Positions 1 to 9,320 of a stretch of DNA of 64,000 bases are shown in pieces. A model generated the notes under the pieces. The model saw only the letters and a list, made by a program, of their open reading frames with translations, was not told where the DNA came from and searched no databases. Every line of letters begins with the position of its first letter. The first letter of the stretch is position 1. The translations under genes and the position numbers were made by a program. Source of the DNA: Gemmatimonadaceae bacterium (GTDB taxonomy: Bacteria > Gemmatimonadota > Gemmatimonadetes > Gemmatimonadales > Gemmatimonadaceae); NCBI GenBank assembly GCA_044224875.1, contig JBGAJQ010000016.1, positions 1-64,000 on the forward strand. The letters are read 5' to 3'.

Positions 1-331
1 GCTCCGCGACAAGGCGGTAGCCGAGATCCAGAAGATGCAGGAGTGGTTCGCCACCAAGGATTACGAAAACGCGATGTACTACTTTCGGCGCAAGGCATAC
101 GACCCTGCGCTGATCTACTTCCGCGACGTCGTTAGGCTGTATCCAGAGACGGAACGCGCCAAGGATTCCTACCTCAAGATGGCCGAGGCGTATGAGGCCA
201 TCCGGTGGAAGGACGACAAGACGGAGGTCTGCAAGACCCTCTGGGAGCGCTACGCGAAGGATCCGCAGGTACCGATCGTCTGTGGGCGTGCGCCTCCTCC
301 TGTGGATACGGTGCGTAAGGGCTCGCCGTAG
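1..331 (+). CDS. bamD: Outer membrane protein assembly factor BamD, C-terminal part (5' truncated by window edge)
   Basis: TPR-like C-terminus (KDYENAMYYFRRKAYDPALIYFRDVVRLYPET); frame is open upstream of 35; sits directly before nadD. Confidence 0.75.
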   Translation, partial: LRDKAVAEIQKMQEWFATKDYENAMYYFRRKAYDPALIYFRDVVRLYPETERAKDSYLKMAEAYEAIRWKDDKTEVCKTLWERYAKDPQVPIVCGRAPPPVDTVRKGSP

Positions 332-334
332 CCC

Positions 335-964
335 GTGCGCCTGGGAATCCTCGGCGGAACGTTCGACCCGCCGCACCTGGGTCATCTCCTGATCGCGTAC
401 GACGCTGTTGCCGCGCTCAGGCTGGACACCCTGGTGTTTATCCCCGTGGCGCAGCAGCCCCTCAAGGTGGGGCGGCCTACGGCGCCGGCCGAGGCGCGGC
501 TCGAGATGGTGCGACGGATGGTTGCGGGGCTCCCGCAATTCGCCTGCGACGCCATCGAAGTGGACCGGGCGGCCTTATCTTACACCGTCGATACGTTGGG
601 CGAGTATGCGCGTCGGTATCCGAGCGCAGTCCGCTTCTTCTTGCTGGGCACGGATGCCCTCCAAACGTTTCCGTCATGGCGCGAGCCGGGGCGGATAGCA
701 GAACTGGCCCAGTTGGCGGTGCTGCAGCGCGCAGATGGGCAGGAAGGCAAGGCAAATGCCAACGGGAGTGATCACATGGATGACGCGATGGCCAGGGTGC
801 GAGAGATTACCGGACCAGATCGGGCTCCGGTCATCGTGCCCACTCGGCGCATCGACGTCTCCTCCACGGAGATCCGCGACCGCGTGCGAGCGGGGTTGCC
901 ACTTCGGGGATTCACGACAGACGATGTCGCGCGCTTCATCGAAGCGACCGCTCTTTATCGTTAG
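335..964 (+). CDS. nadD: Nicotinate-nucleotide adenylyltransferase
   Basis: GGTFDPPHLGH (HxGH), SYTVDT and VSSTEIR motifs; GTG start. Confidence 0.95.
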   Translation: MRLGILGGTFDPPHLGHLLIAYDAVAALRLDTLVFIPVAQQPLKVGRPTAPAEARLEMVRRMVAGLPQFACDAIEVDRAALSYTVDTLGEYARRYPSAVRFFLLGTDALQTFPSWREPGRIAELAQLAVLQRADGQEGKANANGSDHMDDAMARVREITGPDRAPVIVPTRRIDVSSTEIRDRVRAGLPLRGFTTDDVARFIEATALYR

Positions 965-973
965 GATACGGAA

Positions 974-3900
974 ATGATCAAGGGACTCATCGGCAAGGTG
1001 TTTGGCACTCGCCACGAGCGAGAGCGCAAGCGCGTCCAGCCGATCATCGACGAAATCAACCGCGAGTATGAGCGACTCCAGGGCGTGTCCGAGGACGAGC
1101 TTCGCGGCCAGACGGCGAAGTTCCGCGCCACGCTCGCCGAACGCACGGGCGCCCTCGAGGCACGCATCGCCGAACTGAAGGAAGTAAAGAAGGTCACGAA
1201 GGACCCGACGGAACGCGACTCGATCGACAACGAGCTGAGTGGCGCAGATGGACGGGGCGGGCTGGAAGAACAGCTTCGTTCCTCGATCGCCGAAACGCTC
1301 GACGAGATCCTCCCGGAAGCGTTTGCGACGGTTCGCGAGGCGGCCCGCCGGCTGGTGGGAAGCGACGTGATGGTTACCGGCCATGAGCTCAAGTGGGACA
1401 TGGTGCACTACGATGTCCAGCTCATGGGGGGGATCGAACTGCATCTCGGCCGCATTGCCGAAATGGCAACCGGCGAAGGCAAGACGCTGGTGGCGACTCT
1501 TCCGTTGTACCTGAATGCCCTGCCGGGGAAGGGTGCGCACCTGGTAACGGTGAACTCCTATCTCGCGCGGCGCGACTCGCAGTGGATGGGCCACTTGTAC
1601 CGGTATCTCGGGCTCAGTGTCGGTTGCATCGATGACACGGAGCCAGGGACCCACGCGCGTCGCGGCGCCTACGAGTGCGACATCACCTACGGGACGAATA
1701 ACGAGTTTGGCTTTGACTACTTGCGCGACAACATGGTGGTGTCGTTGGAGCAGCGCGTTCAACGGCCCCACTGGTTCGCGATTGTGGACGAAGTGGACTC
1801 AGTACTGATCGACGAGGCGCGAACGCCGCTCATTATCTCGGGCCCGGTGGGGAACGAGAATGACGCGATGTTTGCCGAGCACAACGCCGCGGTCACACGC
1901 TTGGTAAGACGCCAAACTGAGATGGCCAACTCGCTGGTCGCGGACGGCGAGCGTGCCATGCAGCAGGACGACACGGCCACGGCGGCGGAGGCCTATTTCA
2001 AGGCGCAACTCGGCTCGCCAAAGAACAAGCGCCTCATGAAGGCACTGGCCGAACCCGGTGTTAAGCAGCTGGTGCAAAAGATGGAGCTGGAGTACATCGC
2101 CGACCGCAAGCTGCCGGCGACCAAACAGCAGTATCGCGACCTCGAGAACGACCTGTACTACGTGCTCGATGAGAAGGCGCACACGGTGCACCTGACCGAT
2201 CGCGGTGTGGACGAGCTGTCGCCGTCAGACCACGAGCAATTCGTGCTGCCGGACATCTCCACAGAAGTGCATCGGATCGAGCATCACCCGGATATGTCGC
2301 CGCAGGAGAAGCTCGAGGCGCGTCGCGGCATCGAAGGCGAGTATGCGGTGAAGAGCGAGAAGCTGCATATCGTGCACCAGCTGCTCCGCGCGCACGCCTT
2401 GTACGAGAAGGACGTGAACTACGTGGTGCAGGATAGCGAGGTGCTCATCGTCGACGAGTTCACCGGTCGGACGATGCCGGGCCGTCGTTGGTCCGAAGGA
2501 TTGCACCAGGCTGTCGAGGCCAAGGAAGGCGTGAAGGTCAAGGGCGAAACGCAGACGCTCGCCACCATCACGATCCAGAACTACTTCCGCATGTACGCAA
2601 AGTTGGCGGGCATGACCGGAACGGCTGAGACAGAAGAGCGCGAATTCTTCGAAATCTACAAGCTGGAAGTCGCCGTGATCCCGACGAATCGCGACGTGGT
2701 GCGCGACGACCGCCAGGACCTGGTGTACAAGACGCGTCGCGAGAAGTACAACGCGATCGTGGAGGAAACACAGCGGTTGTATGGACTGGGCTACCCCGTC
2801 CTCGTTGGTACAACCAGCGTGGAGGCGTCGGAAACGCTGGCGAGGCTCTTCAAGCGCGCCGGCCTACCGCATAACGTCCTGAACGCAAAGTACCACCAAC
2901 GTGAAGCGGAGATTGTGGCTGAAGCGGGTCGCGCCAATGGCGTGACCATAGCGACGAACATGGCCGGCCGCGGTACCGACATCAAACTCGGTCCGGGCGT
3001 GAAGGAGTCGAAGCCTTCGCGCGTGAAGGACGCCGACGGGAAGCTGGTCGATGTCGATGAGTGCGGGGGACTTCACATTTTGGGTTCGGAGCGACACGAG
3101 TCCCGTCGCATCGACCGTCGCGCAGCCGCCGGGCAGCAGGCGGTCGCAGTACATCGCAATTCTTCTCTGGAAGATGACCTGATGCGCCTGTTTGGCTCCG
3201 AACGCATTGCTCGCTTGATGGATCGGTTAGGCGCGGAAGAGGGCGAAGTGCTGACGCACCCGCTCATCACGCGTTCCATCGAGCAGGCGCAGAAGCGAGT
3301 CGAGCTCCAGAACTTCCAGTCGCGAAAGCGTCTGTTGGAGTACGACGACGTGTTGAACCAGCAGCGCGAAGTGATTTACTCGCTGCGCTCGTTCGCCCTG
3401 GAGGGTGGCGAAGAGCTTCGCGGCGAGGCGTTCAAGATGGTGGAGAAGGCAGTCGGTCGGCGCGTGGAAACACAGCTCGCTGATTTCGAGGACGCCACGC
3501 AGTGGGACCTTGGGCTCGTCAAGCAGGACCTGCTTATGCACTACCTGCTGAGCGTGCCCGAACTCGAGGGGCACGACACGCCGACCACCATCGCGGGCGT
3601 CGCGAGTGCCGCTGTGGAGGCAGCGAGGGCGGCCTTTTCGTTCAAGGAAAAGGCGTTGGTGCTGGAGACGCCGGATGGCCCGCAGGACTACTCGGGTCAG
3701 CTGCTGTCGCTCATCATGCTGAACGTGCTGGACGAGAAGTGGAAGGATCACCTGTATGACCTGGATCAGCTGCGCAACGCGATCCATTACCGGTCGTGGG
3801 GCCAAAAGGACCCGCTCATCGAGTACAAGCAGGAAGCCTACACGATGTTTGTGGACCTGATGCAGGACATCCACCACACGTTCACCGAGCGATACCTGCG

Positions 3901-4294
3901 GGCGCAGCTCGTCCTCAATCCGCCGGTGGGCGGGGATGGTGGTGCTCCATCGGGGCCAGCGCGTGGGCCGGATGGGCAGGCTCGCCCGACCAAGCGCTAC
4001 AACGCGCTGGGCGTTCTGGAGGACGTGCCCGAGGATGAACCGATCGTTGAATCTGACGGTGCCGAAGAAGTCGCCGAGGAGGCGGAGGTCGAGGCGCCGA
4101 GGCCCGCCGTGAAGCGCGCTGACCCGATTGTCGTTGGAGCCGGGCGGTCACGTTCGCTTTCTTCAATGGGAAGCGGGGCGGCTGGTGTCGCCGGCGGCAT
4201 GCCAAAGGACATCGACTGGACGACCATCGGACGCAATGATCCGTGTCCGTGTGGTTCCGGGAAGAAGTTCAAGAAGTGTCACGGCGCTCAATAG
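974..4294 (+). CDS. secA: Preprotein translocase ATPase SecA
   Basis: MATGEGKT, DEVDSVLIDEARTPLIISG, TNMAGRGTDI and C-terminal GRNDPCPCGSGKKFKKCHG; motif VI is locally garbled near 3118-3168. Confidence 0.98.
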   Translation: MIKGLIGKVFGTRHERERKRVQPIIDEINREYERLQGVSEDELRGQTAKFRATLAERTGALEARIAELKEVKKVTKDPTERDSIDNELSGADGRGGLEEQLRSSIAETLDEILPEAFATVREAARRLVGSDVMVTGHELKWDMVHYDVQLMGGIELHLGRIAEMATGEGKTLVATLPLYLNALPGKGAHLVTVNSYLARRDSQWMGHLYRYLGLSVGCIDDTEPGTHARRGAYECDITYGTNNEFGFDYLRDNMVVSLEQRVQRPHWFAIVDEVDSVLIDEARTPLIISGPVGNENDAMFAEHNAAVTRLVRRQTEMANSLVADGERAMQQDDTATAAEAYFKAQLGSPKNKRLMKALAEPGVKQLVQKMELEYIADRKLPATKQQYRDLENDLYYVLDEKAHTVHLTDRGVDELSPSDHEQFVLPDISTEVHRIEHHPDMSPQEKLEARRGIEGEYAVKSEKLHIVHQLLRAHALYEKDVNYVVQDSEVLIVDEFTGRTMPGRRWSEGLHQAVEAKEGVKVKGETQTLATITIQNYFRMYAKLAGMTGTAETEEREFFEIYKLEVAVIPTNRDVVRDDRQDLVYKTRREKYNAIVEETQRLYGLGYPVLVGTTSVEASETLARLFKRAGLPHNVLNAKYHQREAEIVAEAGRANGVTIATNMAGRGTDIKLGPGVKESKPSRVKDADGKLVDVDECGGLHILGSERHESRRIDRRAAAGQQAVAVHRNSSLEDDLMRLFGSERIARLMDRLGAEEGEVLTHPLITRSIEQAQKRVELQNFQSRKRLLEYDDVLNQQREVIYSLRSFALEGGEELRGEAFKMVEKAVGRRVETQLADFEDATQWDLGLVKQDLLMHYLLSVPELEGHDTPTTIAGVASAAVEAARAAFSFKEKALVLETPDGPQDYSGQLLSLIMLNVLDEKWKDHLYDLDQLRNAIHYRSWGQKDPLIEYKQEAYTMFVDLMQDIHHTFTERYLRAQLVLNPPVGGDGGAPSGPARGPDGQARPTKRYNALGVLEDVPEDEPIVESDGAEEVAEEAEVEAPRPAVKRADPIVVGAGRSRSLSSMGSGAAGVAGGMPKDIDWTTIGRNDPCPCGSGKKFKKCHGAQ

Positions 4295-4317
4295 GCGTCG
4301 TCGCCGGTTAGATCTCG

Positions 4318-4344
4318 CGCGGCAGGTGCGTTGCACCTGCCGCG
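4318..4344 (+). terminator. GC-rich hairpin downstream of secA (terminator-like, no U tract)
   Basis: Perfect 12-bp inverted repeat CGCGGCAGGTGC-gtt-GCACCTGCCGCG. Confidence 0.45.
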
Positions 4345-4444
4345 TGGCTGTCCGGCGCGGTGGTCCGGTACGCGGCGCAGCGAAATGATCACGCGGATGG
4401 GAGCGCGTCCCGCTACCGTTTCGCCAACCATTCCGTGAGCGATC

Positions 4445-5182
4445 ATGCCAGACGGCCGTGAGTCGCGCGCTGGGAGCGCCTCCCTCGCGCCCTTCAGTTT
4501 GCGAGAACTTCCACCCAGCGAACGCCCTCGCGAGCGGTTGGTCCGCCTTGGCGTCGCGTCGCTTTCCACCGTCGAGCTGATCGCCATCGTGCTCGGCACG
4601 GGAACGGGTGGTCGCTCGGCGCTCGCGCTGGCTCACAGCGTCTTCTCGGCCGTCCAGGGGTCCCTTCGCAAGTTGGCGACGGGCAGCATGGCAGCCCTAA
4701 CGACGGTGGACGGCATCGGGACCGCTCGCGCCGGTGTGCTGCGTGCCGCGTTGGAACTGGGTCGACGCATGTCCGCCGAAGGGAAGTGCGAAGGCGTCGC
4801 GATGCGCGCCCCTCGGGATGTCTTCGACGTGTTCGCGCCGCGGCTGCAGGACCTACCTGTCGAAGAGTTTCATGTCGCTGTGCTGAATGCGCAGCAGCGG
4901 CTCGAGCGCGACATCACCGTCACGCGAGGCATCCTCAACTCCTCGCTCGTTCATCCGCGAGAGGTCTTTCGCGAGGCCATCGCCGAGCAGGCAGCGTCGA
5001 TCATCCTCGTGCACAATCATCCCAGTGGCGACCCCACGCCGTCTCGCGAGGACGAACTCATCACCGAGCAACTATTCCTCGCAGGTCGACTGCTGGACGT
5101 CCCCGTTCAGGATCACGTCATCGTGGGCAGGGGTCGCTACACCTCGTTCATGGAGTCGGGCCTGCTGAAGGCTGCCAACTAA
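4445..5182 (+). CDS. radC: RadC/UPF0758 family JAB (MPN) domain protein
   Basis: ERPRERL N-terminus, VHPREVF and HNHPSGDPTPSRED JAMM motif. Confidence 0.93.
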   Translation: MPDGRESRAGSASLAPFSLRELPPSERPRERLVRLGVASLSTVELIAIVLGTGTGGRSALALAHSVFSAVQGSLRKLATGSMAALTTVDGIGTARAGVLRAALELGRRMSAEGKCEGVAMRAPRDVFDVFAPRLQDLPVEEFHVAVLNAQQRLERDITVTRGILNSSLVHPREVFREAIAEQAASIILVHNHPSGDPTPSREDELITEQLFLAGRLLDVPVQDHVIVGRGRYTSFMESGLLKAAN

Positions 5183-5408
5183 GCCCGGTATTCGGGCGAC
5201 TACGTCGGTCATGGGCGGCGGCGCTGCGTCCAATCGCCATATGCGGTATGGGGCGTATCGCGTGCGCACTCGCGTCTCGCCCCCAAACGCCCGGGATTTT
5301 CGGGGCTCAACAGATGGACACTCCGCCTTGGCGGCACTAAGTATTCGAATACAGCTGTGGCGGACACCCTAGGGGTGCGCCATCGCGGCGCATTCTTCGG
5401 GCGAGATC

Positions 5409-7589
5409 ATGGCGACGACCCTGAGCGAAATCATCCCTGGCTGGACGATTCCCGATTCGATATCGGAGCGTCTGGACATGGACCTTCTTTCGCGCGCCTA
5501 TCGATTCTCCGAGAAGGCCCATGAAGGCCAGCTGCGCCGGAATGGCGATCCGTATGTCACCCACTGCGTGGAAGTCGCGAAGATCCTCGCTGAGCTTCAG
5601 CTCGACTCGGTGACGGTGGCCAGCGGACTGATTCACGACGTCGTTGAAGACACCCAGGTGACGGTCCCCGACCTCGAAAAGGAATTCGGGTCCGAGGTGG
5701 CGCAGATCGTCGACGGGCTGACAAAGATGGGGAACCTGCCGCTGAACTCCACAGAGGAGCGGCAGGTCGCGAACTATCGCAAGCTGCTGTTGTCGATCGC
5801 CAAGGATGCGCGTGTCATCATCATCAAGTTGGCCGATCGCCTGCACAACATGCGTACGCTGGATGCCCTCCCGGAGGCGAAGCAGCGACGTATCGCGCAG
5901 GAGACGATGGACCTCTATGCACCGCTCGCCCACCGCTTCGGTATGGCGCGCATGCGTTGGGAGCTGGAGGACCTCGCCTTCAAGTACATCGAGCCCGACG
6001 AGTACCGCAAGCTGGCGCGATTGGTGGCGAACAAGCGTGGGGAACGTGAGTCGCTCATTGCCCAGCTGCGCGAGCCACTGGAACGGACGCTGACTCAGGC
6101 GGGAATCAAGGACGTGGAGGTGACGGGCCGAGCCAAGCACTTGTGGTCCATCTGGAAGAAGATGGAGAAGCGTCAGCGACCCTACGAGGAAATCTACGAT
6201 TTGTTGGCGATCCGCGTTCTCGTGAACTCGGTGCCGGATTGTTACCACGCGTTAGGCGTCATCCATGATGGGTGGACGCCGTTGCAGGAACGGATCAAGG
6301 ACTACATCGCCCAGCCCAAGTCCAACGGCTATCAGTCGCTCCACACGACCATCTTTGGTCCGGGCCGACAGCTGTACGAGATCCAGATCAGGACGCGCGA
6401 CATGCATCGCACGGCCGAGATCGGAATCGCGGCGCATTGGCGTTACAAGACGGACTCCAAGGCGAAGGACGAGTTCGAGCGACAGCTGCACTGGTTCCGG
6501 CAGGTGCTGGAGTTGCAGCTGGATGCCAAGGATCCCGCCGAGTTCCTGGAATTCCTCAAGCTCGATCTGTACCAGGACGAGATCTTCGTCTTCACACCGA
6601 CCGGCGACGTCATTCAGCTGCCCAAGGGAGCAACGCCGATCGACTTCGCCTTCGCCGTGCATACGGAGGTCGGGAAACGCTGTGCCGGCGCCAAGGTCAA
6701 CGGCAAGATTGCACCCCTGTCCCGTCAGCTGAAAAATTCGGAAACGGTCGAGATCCTGACGTCGCAGAATGCCAAGCCCAGTCGCGACTGGCTGGCCCAC
6801 GTCCGCACCGGGCGTGCCCGACACAAGATCCGCCAATGGTTGAAGTCGGAAGAGCAGATGACGTCCGCGCGCGTCGGACGCGAGATGCTTGACCGCGAAG
6901 TGAAGAAGCGGCGGCTGGGGAAGGTGGAAGACTCGCAACTCGAGGCCGCGGCCGAGGCGTTGAACCTGAACGACGCCAACCATCTGATTGCGTCCCTGGG
7001 GCAGGGCGACCTGAACCTCACTCAAGTCCTCAAGGCCGTATTTCCCGAGATCGACCCCGCGCCCGATGCCGTGCCAAAGCCATCGGCACTCGAACGGCTC
7101 ATGGACCGGGTGCGCGGCACGTCCAAGGGGATCACCATTCAGGGTGCCGATGGCCTGATGGTTCGATACGCGCAATGCTGTCAGCCCGTACCCGGCGACC
7201 AGGTAGTCGGCTATGTCACGCGAGGCCGCGGCGTGTCGATCCATCGCGCCGATTGCCCGAACCTGCTCATCCTCATGCACGAGCCTGAGCGACGGCTCGA
7301 CATCGACTGGAAGGAACAGGCCGGAGAGCGATTCGTTGTGCGCCTGGCCCTCGAAGGCAACGATCGGCGGGGGCTCTACGCCGATCTCGCCAGCGCCGTC
7401 AGTTCAACGGGCACGGACATACGCAGCATGGAGCTGCGGGCCGTGGATGGTCGCGTCTCGGGCGCGGCGCTGGTGGAGGTTGAGAATCTCGCGCACCTGC
7501 AGCGCATCATGCGCGCGGCGCGGCGCGTCAAGGGAATCACGGACGTGGCGCGTCGCGAACGCATCTCGGCGGACGAGCACCAAGCCTGA
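5409..7589 (+). CDS. relA: Bifunctional (p)ppGpp synthetase/hydrolase (Rel/SpoT)
   Basis: HDVVED hydrolase motif, KLADRLHNMRT, PKSNGYQSLHTT, TGS domain (TPIDFAFAVHT), CC zinc motif and ACT C-terminus. Confidence 0.96.
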   Translation: MATTLSEIIPGWTIPDSISERLDMDLLSRAYRFSEKAHEGQLRRNGDPYVTHCVEVAKILAELQLDSVTVASGLIHDVVEDTQVTVPDLEKEFGSEVAQIVDGLTKMGNLPLNSTEERQVANYRKLLLSIAKDARVIIIKLADRLHNMRTLDALPEAKQRRIAQETMDLYAPLAHRFGMARMRWELEDLAFKYIEPDEYRKLARLVANKRGERESLIAQLREPLERTLTQAGIKDVEVTGRAKHLWSIWKKMEKRQRPYEEIYDLLAIRVLVNSVPDCYHALGVIHDGWTPLQERIKDYIAQPKSNGYQSLHTTIFGPGRQLYEIQIRTRDMHRTAEIGIAAHWRYKTDSKAKDEFERQLHWFRQVLELQLDAKDPAEFLEFLKLDLYQDEIFVFTPTGDVIQLPKGATPIDFAFAVHTEVGKRCAGAKVNGKIAPLSRQLKNSETVEILTSQNAKPSRDWLAHVRTGRARHKIRQWLKSEEQMTSARVGREMLDREVKKRRLGKVEDSQLEAAAEALNLNDANHLIASLGQGDLNLTQVLKAVFPEIDPAPDAVPKPSALERLMDRVRGTSKGITIQGADGLMVRYAQCCQPVPGDQVVGYVTRGRGVSIHRADCPNLLILMHEPERRLDIDWKEQAGERFVVRLALEGNDRRGLYADLASAVSSTGTDIRSMELRAVDGRVSGAALVEVENLAHLQRIMRAARRVKGITDVARRERISADEHQA

Positions 7590-7593
7590 CGTC

Positions 7594-8379
7594 CTACCCG
7601 GGCAGTCGCGACAAGTCGCGCACCGACACGATCAACTGGCAGCCGGTCCTCGTGGACGTCGTTTGATGATGGGTCCCGGCGGCGGCACGATGATAGTCGC
7701 CTTCCACCATCGTTTGTCCTTCCACGACGCACGATCCGCCCAGCACGAAAAGCTCCTCGAGTCCCGTATGATCGTGGTCGCCGAGTACGGACTCGGGCTC
7801 CATGTCCAGCACAAACAACTCTTCGGCGGCACCATGCGACCCACGCAAGGAGCGCATCCTCGCGCCTGGGAAGAGCGTCGTCCAACGAGCGTCGTCCTGT
7901 TGCCGAACCGCACCCTCCACGAGAGGTGCGACAGACCCGTACTCGAGCAGAAGGGCGCCGTCGCCAGTGGCATGCCACGCGAGTGGGGCATTCACTTCCG
8001 CAAAGTCACCAGTGACCAGGCGAGTTTCGTTGTTTGTCAGGCCTCCATGGAGTAAAAAGACCGCGCGGCCACCGGGCAGCGTCCGCGCGGGCAACGCGGC
8101 ACTCGGCGCCAGGCGAATCAGGCGAGTCGTGGCGCGGTCAGCCGAGTCGAGGAACAACTCCTTGGCCTCGATCCCAGCGGCTACTGGAAGCCAGAGGCCG
8201 GCATCCCGAGCGATGTAGGACAAGCGACGCTCGTGTGCGAGCGTGAGGATTCTCGCTCGCAGTGTAGACGGAGGTGGTGTGCTGTGCTGCGCAGCGGCCG
8301 CGGCAATCAAGGCCAGCGCCTCAGCGTCCGATTCGCTCATGTCGCCCGCTGGCGGACCCTCGGGCGCGTTATCGACCAC
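7594..8379 (-). CDS. ChrR-like cupin-domain anti-sigma factor
   Basis: PPPSTLRARIL anti-sigma helix followed by two cupin-like repeats; the second has HDHTGLEE...DYH...HH; lies downstream of the ECF sigma gene. Confidence 0.7.
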   Translation of the reverse strand: MVDNAPEGPPAGDMSESDAEALALIAAAAAQHSTPPPSTLRARILTLAHERRLSYIARDAGLWLPVAAGIEAKELFLDSADRATTRLIRLAPSAALPARTLPGGRAVFLLHGGLTNNETRLVTGDFAEVNAPLAWHATGDGALLLEYGSVAPLVEGAVRQQDDARWTTLFPGARMRSLRGSHGAAEELFVLDMEPESVLGDHDHTGLEELFVLGGSCVVEGQTMVEGDYHRAAAGTHHQTTSTRTGCQLIVSVRDLSRLPG

Positions 8380-8400
8380 GAGACAAGTTCACCCGAGCAC

Positions 8401-8997
8401 TCATCGTGCGACGACTGGCTGTAGCAGCTGACGAAGCTGGCTCATGGCCGAGTGCACGAGCGTGCAGGCAGAGTGCGAGGGGAGCGCCAATCGCTGTGCG
8501 ACGTCCTCGATGGAGAGACCGTCCAGAAAGACAAGGTCCAACGCCTCGCGCTCAGCAGACGACAGCACCTCCATGGCTGCCAGCACGCGGTCTCGCCGAG
8601 CGGCGTCTGCGGATGATGAAAATGCGAGGGGGAACTCCGACCCGTCGGTTGGCAGCATGCCCGAGCGGCCGGACGCGGCAGGCACGAGCCTGGGCAACCG
8701 CGGCCGCTGGTGAGCGATTTGCCGGCAAAGCGAGACCAACCAGGCGCGCATTGACACCCCGACCTCCCGCGCGCCCTGCGGTTCCTGCCACACGGCACGA
8801 AACACGGACGACACGATGTCCTCGGCTTCATCGCGGTCGCCCGTTAGGCGTAGGGCAAGGGCGAACAGCACTGCGCCGTAGGTGTCGTACAGGCGACCGA
8901 GGGCCGTGTCATCACCGGCGGTGATTCGCTCGAGGAGCGCGGGGTCGTGCGTACCGCCTAGAGGGGTGTCTTCCGGCATCGGCCGAGAAAGGGTCAC
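8401..8997 (-). CDS. ECF sigma-70 family factor (divergent)
   Basis: GDDTALGRLYDTY...EAEDIV...RAWL sigma2-like region and LSSAEREALDLVFLDGLSIEDVAQRL sigma4-like region. Confidence 0.8.
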   Translation of the reverse strand: MTLSRPMPEDTPLGGTHDPALLERITAGDDTALGRLYDTYGAVLFALALRLTGDRDEAEDIVSSVFRAVWQEPQGAREVGVSMRAWLVSLCRQIAHQRPRLPRLVPAASGRSGMLPTDGSEFPLAFSSSADAARRDRVLAAMEVLSSAEREALDLVFLDGLSIEDVAQRLALPSHSACTLVHSAMSQLRQLLQPVVAR

Positions 8998-9129
8998 GAT
9001 TCAGATACGCCCGTGCACGTTCGAGCGGAAGGGGCCGCGTGACGGACTGCACCGCTCCGGTGGAGGGTTCGCCTGTGCGCTCGGGTCTGCATGCGGCGGC
9101 GCTGGACGTTCGGCAACCGAGCCCGCCCC

Positions 9130-9210
9130 TTGCTCGAGCCAGGCCTTCTGAACGGGGTGATTGCCGTCCTCGGACAAGCCCTCGACGGTCGTGATCGCCT
9201 GATCTACAAC
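9130..9210 (-). pseudogene. Remnant of a (2Fe-2S)-binding small subunit of a xanthine-oxidase-family enzyme (IorA/CoxS-like)
   Basis: Minus-strand peptide [24 protein letters not shown] matches the ITTIEGL...HPVQxAW linker of this family; both cysteine clusters are missing. Confidence 0.6.
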
Positions 9211-9281
9211 AGCCGGCCTGCGACGCCGCGTCTCATGTGTGGTCACTGCCGGCCAACGGCACTTCCAGCTTCCAACTTGGA

Positions 9282-9313
9282 CCCGAACAAAAGCCGGAAG
9301 GGTGTGTTATATT
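9282..9313 (+). promoter_or_regulatory. uvrB promoter with candidate operator
   Basis: CCCGAACAAAAGCCGGAAG (9282-9300), shared with the recA upstream region, followed by extended -10 TGt-TATATT (9305-9313), 7 nt before the ATG at 9321. Confidence 0.55.
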
Positions 9314-9320
9314 GGGTCCT

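Noticed and set aside
4445..5182. radC as a marker of a mobile element or anti-defence island
   Set aside because: Full-length chromosomal form between secA and relA, with no integrase or other mobile genes nearby.
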